Shown one piece after another: positions 1 through 12,972 of a stretch of 64,000 nucleotides of DNA. The notes beneath the pieces are model-generated. The model was given only the letters and a program-made list of their open reading frames with translations, searched no databases and was not told the DNA's origin. The position numbers and the translations under genes were made by a program. Origin of the DNA: Verrucomicrobiota bacterium. Lineage in GTDB: Bacteria; Verrucomicrobiota; Verrucomicrobiia; Limisphaerales; JADLHS01. The DNA lies in the NCBI GenBank assembly GCA_039806955.1, contig JBDHQI010000005.1, positions 39,118-103,117 on the forward strand. The letters are read 5' to 3'. Within the stretch, counting starts at the first letter, position 1. Each line of letters starts with the position of its first letter.

Positions 1-306
1 TTGACGGATCGCCGGGCGACACGGGCTGAAGGCTGGCATCATCCGGTGGGGCTATTGTCGGCATCGCTGCAGGGGCAAGTTGCACGACGATTTTTAGAGG
101 TGTGGGTGTGATTGCAGGCGGCTGGTGAGAATGATCTACACCTGAAGAACGTGCTCGGGACTTTCTGGATGCGATCTTCCGAACGCCGTGCGCCGCCCTG
201 GTTTTCTTCAACCGAGACTGACGTTCTGCTGCTGACGGTTCGTGATCCATAATCGCGTAGCGGACGCAATGTCACTGGCAACTTTCATGCCGGACCCGCT
301 GGTACG

Positions 307-504
307 TTACGTTTCCACCGGCACGAAAAGTCCAAGGCCAAAGTGCGCACCGTAGCCGAGGGCGACCGGGCCTTTGACAGCGTCAGGAAACTCAATGATA
401 AAACCCGCGCCACCGTCATGACCGCGCTTGCCGATTGCCGCGCAACCTTGCGCTTGGTGTTTTGGGCGAAACCTCCCGCGCGCCCGGCGCAGTTTCGGAT
501 TCAC
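307..504 (-). pseudogene. 3' remnant of a second, diverged csb2 (Cas5/Cas6 fusion) gene
   Basis: This 65-aa ORF ends in GFIIEFPDAVKGPVALGYGAHFGLGLFVPVET. That parallels the C-terminus of the full Csb2 at 592..2178 (SAFIVTFEKPITGPLALGYGSHFGLGLFVPVES), including the glycine-rich RAMP loop. An in-frame stop lies directly upstream, so there is no N-terminal body. DNA identity to csb2 is only about three quarters by hand alignment. Confidence 0.6.
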
Positions 505-591
505 TCACGCGCTGGTTTGTATCCGTTGAAGCAGAGTCATTTTTCATAATCGCGAGGCTTTTGCGGCATATTTCACGCCAAAATCAGCCGT

Positions 592-2178
592 TTAACTTTC
601 CACCGGAACGAACAGGCCAAGGCCAAAATGCGAGCCATAACCGAGCGCAAGCGGGCCGGTAATAGGTTTTTCAAAAGTGACAATGAAAGCACTCCCGTAA
701 CCGTTGCCGCGGCTGCCGTTGCCAGAATTGCCATTGTCTTTACGGCGTTGGGTTATGAACTGCAATGCACGAAACCTCCGTTCTTCATGTTTGCCAAAGG
801 CAAAAGGACGGTCGCAATCTTTGAGTTTAATCGTTGCTTTATTATCCGGCTGATGCAGTGCTAGCAAACGGAGCAAATCATGCGCGGCAGAACCTTCCTG
901 CCAGCCGTTGTCGGCCATCTTTGGGCGACCATCGCGAAAAGTCTTGGCGTGGCGCGTGGAAACAAACGGCGTGAGCGAACGCCACACTTTTTCCGTCTTC
1001 TTCACCGCGAACAACGGGCAATCTTTGAAATCATCCAAGTTCCCGATACCGTGCAGCACCAGATTCAAATTGTGCCCCTTGAATCCCCATGTCCATTGCA
1101 ACTTGCGAAGTGCTTCTACGGCCTGGCGATCAAATCCTCCGGGTGCATGCACAGTTACATGAGTGATATGCCCAAGTTGATTTTTAACAGACTCGCAGAA
1201 AATGTGCGCGTGTTCGTGATTCCTGCCTTTTGCGCCAGTAAAAATGGGATGGCCGTCTGAATGTCTGACGAGTTCGGAATGCACCTGCTCCGCGACAGCC
1301 AACGCCCGAGTGATACTTGGCGGCACTGTGCTGGCAAGAGCGTAACGCGCCACGGTGGGCAATTCCTTGGTTCGTCTCAGGCGCGGCTTGGTTGCCGAGG
1401 CGAACGCATTTTCCGGGCGGAGGTAATTCACATATCGCGCGCCGGGCGGAAGATTCCAACCGGCGGCTTGAAGTTCGCCGGTGTCGGCATGGAGCGCGGC
1501 AAATAAATCTTCAGGAACTTCAGGCGTTTCAACCGCTTTGGATTTCTTGCTCGCTTTCTTTTTGCTGTCGCCCACTGGTTGATTGGCTGCGAGAAAATCC
1601 GCGCGCCATTGGTTGTAATCGGCTGGGTTCATCGGCGCGAGAAGACGGACAAGTTCGGTTTTCTCCGGCAGCTTTGCGTCTTCGTTGAGCGGTATGGCAT
1701 TTGGCTCAATGGCTGTGATGCCTTCCAACACCCGCGCTTCAACCAGGCTTTCCGCGCGTCCGAAATAGCCGAGTCGCGCGGCGAGCGTTTTCAACGCGTT
1801 CAGTTGCTCCGGTGGCAAATCCACGTTTTCCCACGCCACAAACACAGCTTCGTTTTCTGCGAGTTGAATGAAGGTGTCGAAAACCTTGGTGGTTTTCTCG
1901 TTCTTTCCTTCGTTGTAAGGCATGTAATGCCGGGTGTGCGCGGTTGTGGCGTGTGGCAACCGAAAGACCGGCGGTTGGCTCAACGCCACGGCGATCGCGC
2001 GGACAGCGTCCGGGGAAACTTCGCTGTCTCTGCGCGCTTTCAAATACCATGTCGCAATCAACGCGCGCACAATGCGCCACGGCGAAGGCGGCCATTCGAC
2101 CGCGCCCTCGTTCACATGGCGACCCCACGGCGTGGCGTGAAAACGCCCGGCGGGAAAGCGCAGTTCAAGAACAGTCAT
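592..2178 (-). CDS. csb2: Csb2 (GSU0054-type Cas5/Cas6 fusion), CRISPR subtype I-G (I-U)
   Basis: 528 aa. The N-terminus MTVLELRFPAGRFHATPWGRHVNEGAVEWPPSPWRIVRAL and the C-terminal G-rich loop GYGSHFGLGLF match the Csb2 family as I remember it. It is tightly packed in an operon behind csb1. Confidence 0.85.
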   Translation of the reverse strand: MTVLELRFPAGRFHATPWGRHVNEGAVEWPPSPWRIVRALIATWYLKARRDSEVSPDAVRAIAVALSQPPVFRLPHATTAHTRHYMPYNEGKNEKTTKVFDTFIQLAENEAVFVAWENVDLPPEQLNALKTLAARLGYFGRAESLVEARVLEGITAIEPNAIPLNEDAKLPEKTELVRLLAPMNPADYNQWRADFLAANQPVGDSKKKASKKSKAVETPEVPEDLFAALHADTGELQAAGWNLPPGARYVNYLRPENAFASATKPRLRRTKELPTVARYALASTVPPSITRALAVAEQVHSELVRHSDGHPIFTGAKGRNHEHAHIFCESVKNQLGHITHVTVHAPGGFDRQAVEALRKLQWTWGFKGHNLNLVLHGIGNLDDFKDCPLFAVKKTEKVWRSLTPFVSTRHAKTFRDGRPKMADNGWQEGSAAHDLLRLLALHQPDNKATIKLKDCDRPFAFGKHEERRFRALQFITQRRKDNGNSGNGSRGNGYGSAFIVTFEKPITGPLALGYGSHFGLGLFVPVES

Positions 2179-2180
2179 GG

Positions 2181-5644
<3,464 letters not shown>

Positions 5645-5705
5645 TCGACATCCTCCTTGATGTTGAAACTTGAATTTTTATCCAGCATGAATGTAAATTC
5701 CCGGC

Positions 5706-5936
5706 ATGAGTTCAGTCGTCGAGATCGAGCAGGCCATTGCCAAACTTTCCGCTCAGGAGTTTGTCGAGTTGGAGCGCTGGTTCGACGCCGAGCGAAATCG
5801 CAAGTGGGATCGCCAGATCGAGGCAGACGCGCAAAACGGCAAATTGCGCGACGCTTATGAGCGGTTGCAGTCAGAAAACCAAGGCCAGCCCGTCGTTCCG
5901 CTCGATGATTTCCTCGACGACAAAAAGCTTTCGTGA
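5706..5936 (+). CDS. Type II antitoxin-like small protein (partner of ParE-like toxin)
   Basis: 76 aa. IEQAIAKLSAQEFVELERWFDAERNRKWDRQIEADAQNGKL resembles the common antitoxin class found upstream of ParE-like toxins. It overlaps the next ORF by 32 nt. Confidence 0.6.
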   Translation: MSSVVEIEQAIAKLSAQEFVELERWFDAERNRKWDRQIEADAQNGKLRDAYERLQSENQGQPVVPLDDFLDDKKLS

Positions 5937-6159
5937 CCGGTTCAGGAAACTTCCTTCTGAAATCCAGCAAATCGCCCGGAAGAATTTCCGGCTCTGGCTG
6001 CGTAATCGGGCGCATCCTTCCCTGCATTTCAAAAAAGTCGGCGAATTTTGGTCCGCCCGTGTCGGCAGCAACCATCGTGCTCTGGCCCTGTGGCATGGCG
6101 ACAAGGTGGAATGGTTCTGGATTGGTTCTCATGATGAGTATGAGAATTTGATCGGGTAG
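5905..6159 (+). CDS. ParE-like / RelE-superfamily toxin
   Basis: 84 aa counted from the internal ATG at 5905. FRDRFRKLPSEIQQIARKNFRLWLRNRAHPSLHFKKVGEFWSARVGSNHRALALWHGDKVEWFWIGSHDEYENL follows the ParE-like toxin pattern (KLP..IQ, HPSL.FKKV, YRAL, W.WIG.H.EY). The exact start is uncertain. Confidence 0.6.
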   Translation: MISSTTKSFRDRFRKLPSEIQQIARKNFRLWLRNRAHPSLHFKKVGEFWSARVGSNHRALALWHGDKVEWFWIGSHDEYENLIG

Positions 6160-6602
6160 TTCATAAGCACGAGGTGTCGGTAGCGAATGATGATGGTGGG
6201 CATGGCGGTTAATCGGTGGCGTTTGCTCACCGCTGGTGAGGAAATGGGTTCGGGGTCAAATTGGCCAACCGGCGGTTGACCAATCGGGAGGAGCGCGCCA
6301 GTCGCCAATTCGCCAACCGCCGGTTGGCGAATCTGCGGGTAAAGCCGATACAAAGTGCGGCAATCCTTCAATGTGCTGACACCCAACCCGGTGATTTCGC
6401 GACTCTTGAGGTCATCCGCCACCCGTTTCAGTAATCCTGCGCCGTATTTCGCCCGGTCGTCTCCCGCCTGCTCAAACTCGACGAGATAAGCGCCGACAAG
6501 CCAGTTGCGGAGAATGAGGTGACGGTTGACCGCTCCGGCAGCACCAGCTTGGGCTTGCCTGTGCGCATCGCTGATGGCGGAAAGGAGACCGGGGTAATTC
6601 AT
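6129..6602 (-). pseudogene. Truncated DUF1016 (YhcG-like) gene with only the N-terminal helical domain
   Basis: The start at 6602 forms an ATGA overlap with the cas3 stop. LILRNWLVGAYLVEFEQAGDDRAKYGAGLLKRVADDLKSREITGLGVSTLKDCRTLYRLYPQI matches the DUF1016 N-domain. The expected C-terminal PD-(D/E)XK nuclease half is missing, and the ORF runs into the convergent toxin gene. Confidence 0.55.
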
Positions 6603-9046
6603 TGCCGGGAAGCGCGCGCGTCGGCGGCGCGTAGCAGGGTTTCCAGATAGGCAAGGCGGAATGGGCCAAGCCGGTCGCGCAGAGCAATGGCGCGGGCCAG
6701 CCATGATGGGCCGTGTTTGCCTTCGCCCATTTGCATGAAGCTGAGGTCGAGAGCGATTTCCGGGGTGGTCAACTCGGGCAGCGAAACCGGTTTCAAAATT
6801 TCACCATCCCAAATGCCGCGCGCAAAAAGTCTGGCTGGATTCTTCTCATCGCCTTTCTCATCCGGCAACGAGCGAATCGAGAGCCGGACTTTGCCGTGAT
6901 GCGCGGCGATGAGATAAGCGACAAGGTCGCGCTCCGGCGCATCAAGTGGGGCAGCCAGCAGCCACGCGAGCGCGGAGGCGAGTTCGTGGCGAATGCTTCG
7001 ATAAGGTTTATCGGCACTGTATCGTTTGGGTGGGTTTTCCGACTTCGCATAAAGACCCTTGGCGTCAGGGGGCTGATGCTGCCCATCGCGCAAAGCTTTT
7101 TGAAATTCCTCATGCGCTTTGCCGATGTCGTGCCACAACGCGGCGGTGCGGAGTGCGTCAACAAATTCGGCTTCACTCGCGAGCATTGCCAGTGCGGTCG
7201 TCTGTTCGACGACATATTTGGTATGCTCGGCGATGGTTTGCCATGAGCGACAAAATGTGTCTGGCTCATCGTCGTAGGCTTCGGGTGTGCCAGTTTCGGG
7301 AGGGTGCGGCTTGGGCTTGTCCTTCGGATCACCAGTCCAGCCGAGGTCATCGCAATAGCCGCCGCTGGATGTTGCCAAAAGATAAACTCCGCCGGGGCGG
7401 GGTGCTTTGGCGGCTTCCCACTCTTTGCCGAGCGGATTCCAGCGCCACGCGCGCGTAGTCTTTTTATCGAAGAACTTCATGGCATCGCCGATGGAAACGC
7501 GGCAAAGTTCGATGCGTTGCGGAGGCTTGTCGTTGCGAGTTGGCGCAGCATCGCCAGCGATGTCGCGCCAGAAGAATTGCACATCGCTATCGTCGCCATC
7601 GCGGATGTAACGGGAGATGTCGAGGTCTTGACCGCAGATGTCCGGCGTGGTGTCGAACAAATCCACGAGGTCGCGGCGGCGGATGACGGGACGGATAACC
7701 GGTGTTTCCTGAACGGTCACGTTCTTCAACGAGCGCGGGCTGACATCCGTAAGTTTCAACAGTTCCGCGCGGGCCTTGTCGAATTCATCCTTCGCGTAAG
7801 GCCGCGACAGTTCGTCTTTCTCGTCCTTGGGCTGGAGGTCCACCCACAACACCTCGGCATCAGGAATGTCCGCGCGGCGATTGCAACGCCCCATGCGTTG
7901 GACGAGCGATGACCACGGCGCGAGTTCGGTGATGAGCAACCGCGCGGAAACATCCACGCCCGCTTCGACGGCTTGCGTGGCGATGACAATGCGGTCGCCT
8001 GTGCCGAAAAGCAGCTTCGTATGCCGTTCGCGATCCACGGGCCGGAAGCGCGAATGAATGAGGGCGACTTTTCCCGGCGGGCAGAGCGGGTTTTTCCCCT
8101 TTGTCAGAGCTTCAAAGATTTCTCGCGCCCGTTTGACGCGATTCACGATGACGAGTGTCAGTGTGTCGGTCTTGTGGTGGTCCCTGACAAGTTTGGCAAG
8201 TTGCCCCGCGTAGTCTTTTGTTCCCGAACCAAGCGTGAGTGGGGTAGGCGAAAGCTTCTTGGATGCGGTGATAAGGTCATGCGGCCTGCCACTGGATTGC
8301 TCGGCCTCGCTCAACTTTTCAGTATGCGCCGGCTTTTGATGATCCACCGTTTCCAGACGCTTTTCTTCAAGCGTTGCGCTCATCCACCACGTCGGGCACG
8401 CGCCGAAAGTCGGCATTTTTCCATTGTGTCGGAAACCGTCCAGTTGCGCGCTGGTTTCGACGCCCACGCCCATCAACTGCGTTTCGTCCATCACCCACAA
8501 ACAATCATTATTAAGCAGACCAAAGTGCATCGGCCAGCGGTAGCGACTCATGCCGTAGCCGCGATTGAGAGCGCGACTGAGAAGCATGTCTTGCGTGCCG
8601 ATGAGGATGGCGTTTTCCTCGGGATAGATGTCCCATTCGCCTGGACCTTCGCCGCCCATGAGAATATGAACGCCAACTTTCCCTCTGCGTGTTTCAGGCT
8701 TTTCGTCCCAGAGCAGACCATGAGCATCGAGCCATCTGCGAACTTCCTTTTCCGTCTGTTCCACCAGCGTCCGCATTGGTAAACAGTACACGAGCCGGCG
8801 CGGCCACGTCTCCGATTGCAGGTGGATGCGATTCCATAACCACGCCAGCACCACGGCAGCGGTTTTACCGAGGCCGGTCGGGATGTTGATGAGCTGTGAT
8901 TGGCAGGCCGCGCCAGCTTGCAGAGTATCCGGCCGGGCCGGGTCTGTCTGCGGGCCACAGGCCAAGCGGTATTGGTAACCGTAGGGCCGATGCTCGGTCC
9001 CCAGGCATTGCCGGAAAAATTGTTCGTACGTCATTTGGTTCTCCAC
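6599..9046 (-). CDS. cas3: Cas3 helicase with C-terminal HD nuclease (subtype I-G architecture)
   Basis: 815 aa. SF2 helicase motifs are present: PTGLGKTAA, VMDETQL and QRMGRCNRR. They are followed by C-terminal HD motifs WHDIGKAHEEF and LIAAHHGKV. Confidence 0.9.
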   Translation of the reverse strand: MENQMTYEQFFRQCLGTEHRPYGYQYRLACGPQTDPARPDTLQAGAACQSQLINIPTGLGKTAAVVLAWLWNRIHLQSETWPRRLVYCLPMRTLVEQTEKEVRRWLDAHGLLWDEKPETRRGKVGVHILMGGEGPGEWDIYPEENAILIGTQDMLLSRALNRGYGMSRYRWPMHFGLLNNDCLWVMDETQLMGVGVETSAQLDGFRHNGKMPTFGACPTWWMSATLEEKRLETVDHQKPAHTEKLSEAEQSSGRPHDLITASKKLSPTPLTLGSGTKDYAGQLAKLVRDHHKTDTLTLVIVNRVKRAREIFEALTKGKNPLCPPGKVALIHSRFRPVDRERHTKLLFGTGDRIVIATQAVEAGVDVSARLLITELAPWSSLVQRMGRCNRRADIPDAEVLWVDLQPKDEKDELSRPYAKDEFDKARAELLKLTDVSPRSLKNVTVQETPVIRPVIRRRDLVDLFDTTPDICGQDLDISRYIRDGDDSDVQFFWRDIAGDAAPTRNDKPPQRIELCRVSIGDAMKFFDKKTTRAWRWNPLGKEWEAAKAPRPGGVYLLATSSGGYCDDLGWTGDPKDKPKPHPPETGTPEAYDDEPDTFCRSWQTIAEHTKYVVEQTTALAMLASEAEFVDALRTAALWHDIGKAHEEFQKALRDGQHQPPDAKGLYAKSENPPKRYSADKPYRSIRHELASALAWLLAAPLDAPERDLVAYLIAAHHGKVRLSIRSLPDEKGDEKNPARLFARGIWDGEILKPVSLPELTTPEIALDLSFMQMGEGKHGPSWLARAIALRDRLGPFRLAYLETLLRAADARASRQ

Positions 9047-9378
9047 CGGTCAAATGATTCCGGGTCGCCTACCGCCAGCACTCCTGATCCACCGCAAGTT
9101 TTACTGCGAAAGGCCCTCGAATGGGAGGAGCGATACCGCCAAGAATTTCGGGGAAACCTAAAGACTGCGACTTGGCGCAACAAGGTTAAAATTCGCCACC
9201 GTTTATCCGCACATTGTTACACCAGCACCCACAATTATGCCGAGCGCTCTGAGATAAGAGGCCAACAGCGTTGGATTGCAGCCGGGGAGTGGGGTTTCGG
9301 ATTTCATGTTTGTGTTTGCGTTACAGCCCCGTTGAAGTTGAACTCCTCATTGTGCAACTGACAACAACCGCCACTCCT

Positions 9379-9556
9379 GTGGGCGAAGACGACAGCCGGG
9401 CACGGGCCGGCCTACGCGGCCGAGAACTTGGCGACGTTGCGGCGGCTGGCCCTGTTGAAACGCGAGAAAACCAAGAAGCGCGGTATCAGAGGCAAACAAC
9501 TCAACGCCAGTTGGGATCGCGCCTATCTCTTGCGCCTCCTCGGCGTCCCGATTTAG
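9379..9556 (+). mobile_element. C-terminal remnant of an ISAs1-like (IS4-superfamily) transposase gene
   Basis: Translation gives ...EDDSRARAG, then a frame change, then HGPAYAAENLATLRRLALLKREKTKKRGIRGKQLNASWDRAYLLRLLGVPI-stop. This resembles the conserved ISAs1/H-repeat transposase C-terminus. No upstream DDE body is present. Confidence 0.5.
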
Positions 9557-9624
9557 ATGCGTTTGCCCTGTAAAAAATGGTAATCCCTGTTGCGCTCCAA
9601 GAGGCGTCCCGTTAGAGTTGCGCC

Positions 9625-10530
9625 ATGAAACTCCGTCGTCGCGAATTCCTGGGTCGAACCGCACTTGGATTGGCGGGCAGCATGCTCGCGCCTTCATTAC
9701 TGGCCGATTCGCCCGCACCGCCCAAATTGTTTGCGCCCTATGAACCGGTGGCCATCGGCAAGACCAAGTTACGCTTCTCGCGGGTGGTGCTCGGCACGGG
9801 CATGCGCGGCGGCAACCGGGAATCCAATCAGACCCGGATGGGTAAGGAGAAATTTGAAACTTTGATTCGCGAAGCCAATGATCGCGGCGTGGATACGTTT
9901 GATCTGGCGGACCTGTACGGCACGCATCCCTACGTGATTCCGGCGTTGCAAGGAGTGCAGCGCGACAAAATCAATTTGATCACCAAAATTTGGTTCAGCT
10001 CCGGCGGCCTGCCGGAAAAGGAGCGACCGGACGCGGACGTTTGCGTGGAACGCTTCCTGAAGGAGCTGCGGACGGATTACATTGATCTGCTTCTGTTGCA
10101 CTGCGTGACCTCAGGAAAATGGCCGGAAGAATTGCGGCGGCAAATGGACATTCTCGCCAAACTCAAGGAGCAGGGCAAAGTCCGCGCGCTGGGCGTTTCC
10201 TGTCATTCGCTCGCTTCACTCGAGGCCTGCATCAACGAGCCGTGGGTGGACTCGGTGCATACGCGCATCAATCCGTACGGCATGAGCATGGATGGGCCGA
10301 CGGAGAAAGTGGTGCCGGTGCTCCAGAAGATTCACGCCGCCGGAAAAGGGGTGGTCGGCATGAAGATCATCGGCGAGGGCCGGTTGCGCGATGATCCCGA
10401 ACGACGCAGTGAGTCCATCAAGTTCTCATTACGCCTGGGTTGCGTGGACGTGCTGAACGTGGGCTGCGAATCCATCGCCGAAGTGGATGATTTGGCGGCG
10501 CGGATTAAAGTCGTGGAACGCCCCGGCTGA
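9625..10530 (+). CDS. Aldo/keto reductase with Tat signal
   Basis: 301 aa. It has a twin-arginine N-terminus (RRREFLGRTALGLAGS) followed by AKR-like segments DTFDLADLYG and YIDLLLLHC. Confidence 0.8.
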   Translation: MKLRRREFLGRTALGLAGSMLAPSLLADSPAPPKLFAPYEPVAIGKTKLRFSRVVLGTGMRGGNRESNQTRMGKEKFETLIREANDRGVDTFDLADLYGTHPYVIPALQGVQRDKINLITKIWFSSGGLPEKERPDADVCVERFLKELRTDYIDLLLLHCVTSGKWPEELRRQMDILAKLKEQGKVRALGVSCHSLASLEACINEPWVDSVHTRINPYGMSMDGPTEKVVPVLQKIHAAGKGVVGMKIIGEGRLRDDPERRSESIKFSLRLGCVDVLNVGCESIAEVDDLAARIKVVERPG

Positions 10531-11334
10531 ACTGCGCATCCCAACAACACCAGACTCAAGCGTCGGCCGGTACTGCCCCCCCTGCCCTTGTCTCCGTCGG
10601 AAAATGCTTCGTCGCCCCGAGCGCCGCAACCATTTGCGGTGGCGCCCGCGCCACGCTGAAAGTCCCCAACAAAAATCATTGGCTTCAATCCCTGCGGTAA
10701 GTCAGAGCCTTTTAAGTATTCCTGCAGTCGCTGACGTAAGGCGGCGGATGCCCCGTCCGCCGCGTCAACCCGTAATAACGCACGTTGGCTGCTGACGCGG
10801 AAGTGCGCCTTGGCTGGAACGATTCCGTCGCGCTAACGCCCACTCAACCTGATGACGGCCAGAACCGGAACGGCGCGTGACATTTATATCGCTTCAGTAT
10901 GCCAATGCACCCAGGCTCGATTGCCGTTTTTTCGGTCACTGGCGCCACGCCAAACCTATTCACGTTGAAGCGAGTTGAAGCTCGCGCCCCTCATATCCGG
11001 CCACAGTTTTAATTGAACCGCTCTAGTCCTGATCGCGTTGGCGCGGTCAGGCACACGCGTGGCTCCCCGGAAAACAGAATTCCGCCCGAACCCGCTCATG
11101 CCCCTCGACAAAGAGTGCATGACCGGTAATCAGAGCTGGTATCAAATTGACGACCGCCATTGGTTCGGGGCGAGCATCCGCGCGGCAGCGTCTTGGACTG
11201 CGGCAGTCCAAAACCTCGCGGACATAGATCCCGTTTTTCCATTCGAACTCAGCCAGCATTGGGTTATGCCGTTCTGCTCTGACGGCCACAACTCTTTACT
11301 TAACCGCTATAGCGGGAACTCGGTCGCGTCCAGG

Positions 11335-12906
11335 TTATCTGGCGTTTCGGAGGATGGGGAATTGGCGGCGTCCCAATTTTCGATACAGACGCCAATACAG
11401 CACGCCCGCCACGCTCATTTGACTGAGCGTAACCAGCAGGCGTCCGGTGGCCGCATCAAACTGATAGTCATAAGGAAGCAAGTCGAGCAGTCCGATCAGC
11501 AGGTCCGGCAATAACAGCACGCTGCTCAAGGTCAGCAGCAGCGCCAGCAGATAACTCCGGCATTGCAATGAGAAAGACAATCCCACCACGGGCAGAATCG
11601 CATACAGCACGATGAGCGATCCCGCGCCCACGGTGGCCGGGCCGGTTTGCTCCTGCCGAGCGCGGCCAAGATAAAGCCAGACGCCCAGCAACAAACCAAC
11701 GGCGGGAAGAAACTGCCCCCAGATGCCCAGCAACCGGCCATGGATGATCTGTCGCACTCGCAGCGGTGAAACCAACAACAGTTCCAACACGCCGGTTTCG
11801 CGTTCGCGACGGAAGCTGCCGGCCGCCACCGTCGCCAGACTGAGGAGCAACAGTCCGACCATGATTTGATCTACAAAAGCCACCCGGCGGAAGAACTGAA
11901 TATTACTCAACATGAAACCATAGACTGTGCCGACGACGGCCAGCCAGGTCCAGATCACCAGGCGTCCGCTCCACTGGCGACGTTCCAGCCAGCCGAGTGG
12001 GTTGCGTTCCAACAACCGCCGCATCCAACGTCGCAACAACTTCGTGCCAACGATGGGCTGACAAAATGTCTGCTCCATTTTCTGCGGCACGCGCGAGGTC
12101 GGGGTGTCCCGCCAATTCCAGCGCAGGCGATTGCCCGCAAAGAGCAACGAGAAGACAAGGACCGCCGCGGAAATCATCGTCATGGCGCCAGCGGTGTAGA
12201 TAATCTGCGTTGGTTTGAATAATAATTGCGCGGCTCTGACGAAATCGTCACCCGGCGTGACCAGCAATGAAAATCCGATGAAGAAATCGTAGCTCGCTTG
12301 CGAATAGCCCTGCTGCCAGGTCGAGAGCGAATTCATGCCGAAAAGCGCGCCGACAATCCAGGGGAACAACACGAAACCCGCGCCTTCCAAAATCACCGCC
12401 AGCGCCAGCGCGCGATTACTACCTCGCGACACCGACGAAGCCACGACGGTGAGTCCCAAGCTCCAGCCCGCCACGTTGGCCAGCACCAAAACCGTCCAGG
12501 CAACCAACAGCCAATTGGTGCCACCCAGCAAAATCGGAATCATCAACACCGGCACCACCGCCAGCAACGCAGCCGCCAACTGCACCGCGTGCGCGCCGAC
12601 TTTCGCCAGCACCAGGGCCGCCGGTTTAAGCGGCGTGAGAAACAGCAACGCCAGCGTGCCTTCGCGCCGTTCCCGACTCAAACAGTCGCTGACGGCAATG
12701 GGCACAAGCACCCAGGTGGCGCAATACAATGCGAAATGAATCCGCCGGAATAACTCGCCGCCCATTCCGGGCAGCGTCAGCAAATCGGCGACCAGCCAAA
12801 AAACGCCCAAAGGCAGCGCGCCCGCCACCAGCACCCGGGCCCAGTAGGTGAGCGTCCGCCGGGCGTGTTCCCGCAGCTCACGCGTCATCAAGGACCAAAC
12901 ACTCAT
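11335..12906 (-). CDS. ABC-2-type transporter permease
   Basis: 523-aa polytopic membrane protein with the SDCLSRERREGTLALLFLTPL motif. It lies directly downstream of the ABC ATPase gene. Confidence 0.6.
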   Translation of the reverse strand: MSVWSLMTRELREHARRTLTYWARVLVAGALPLGVFWLVADLLTLPGMGGELFRRIHFALYCATWVLVPIAVSDCLSRERREGTLALLFLTPLKPAALVLAKVGAHAVQLAAALLAVVPVLMIPILLGGTNWLLVAWTVLVLANVAGWSLGLTVVASSVSRGSNRALALAVILEGAGFVLFPWIVGALFGMNSLSTWQQGYSQASYDFFIGFSLLVTPGDDFVRAAQLLFKPTQIIYTAGAMTMISAAVLVFSLLFAGNRLRWNWRDTPTSRVPQKMEQTFCQPIVGTKLLRRWMRRLLERNPLGWLERRQWSGRLVIWTWLAVVGTVYGFMLSNIQFFRRVAFVDQIMVGLLLLSLATVAAGSFRRERETGVLELLLVSPLRVRQIIHGRLLGIWGQFLPAVGLLLGVWLYLGRARQEQTGPATVGAGSLIVLYAILPVVGLSFSLQCRSYLLALLLTLSSVLLLPDLLIGLLDLLPYDYQFDAATGRLLVTLSQMSVAGVLYWRLYRKLGRRQFPILRNAR

Positions 12907-12972
12907 GCCGCCATTGAAGAATTACACCGATCCAATCCGCCGCCACCGGGCGCCGCCAGGGTCAGTAAACGC

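Noticed and set aside
39-281. An 80-aa minus-strand ORF downstream of the csb2 remnant, as a cas gene.
   Set aside because: It has no similarity to Cas4, Cas1 or Cas2 motifs and a Ser/Arg/Cys-rich composition. A different frame (ATG at 250, open to the window edge) is at least as plausible. Neither can be called.
10531-11334. An unassigned 800-bp gap. It contains a stop-bounded minus-strand frame (...RALLRVDAADGASAALRQRLQEYL...LKPMIFVGDFQRG...) faintly reminiscent of an endonuclease/exonuclease/phosphatase family protein, plus an 80-aa ORF at 11047-11289.
   Set aside because: There is no start codon, the frame overlaps the aldo/keto reductase 3' end, and the motif similarity is too weak to call even a pseudogene. 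It would need BLASTX.
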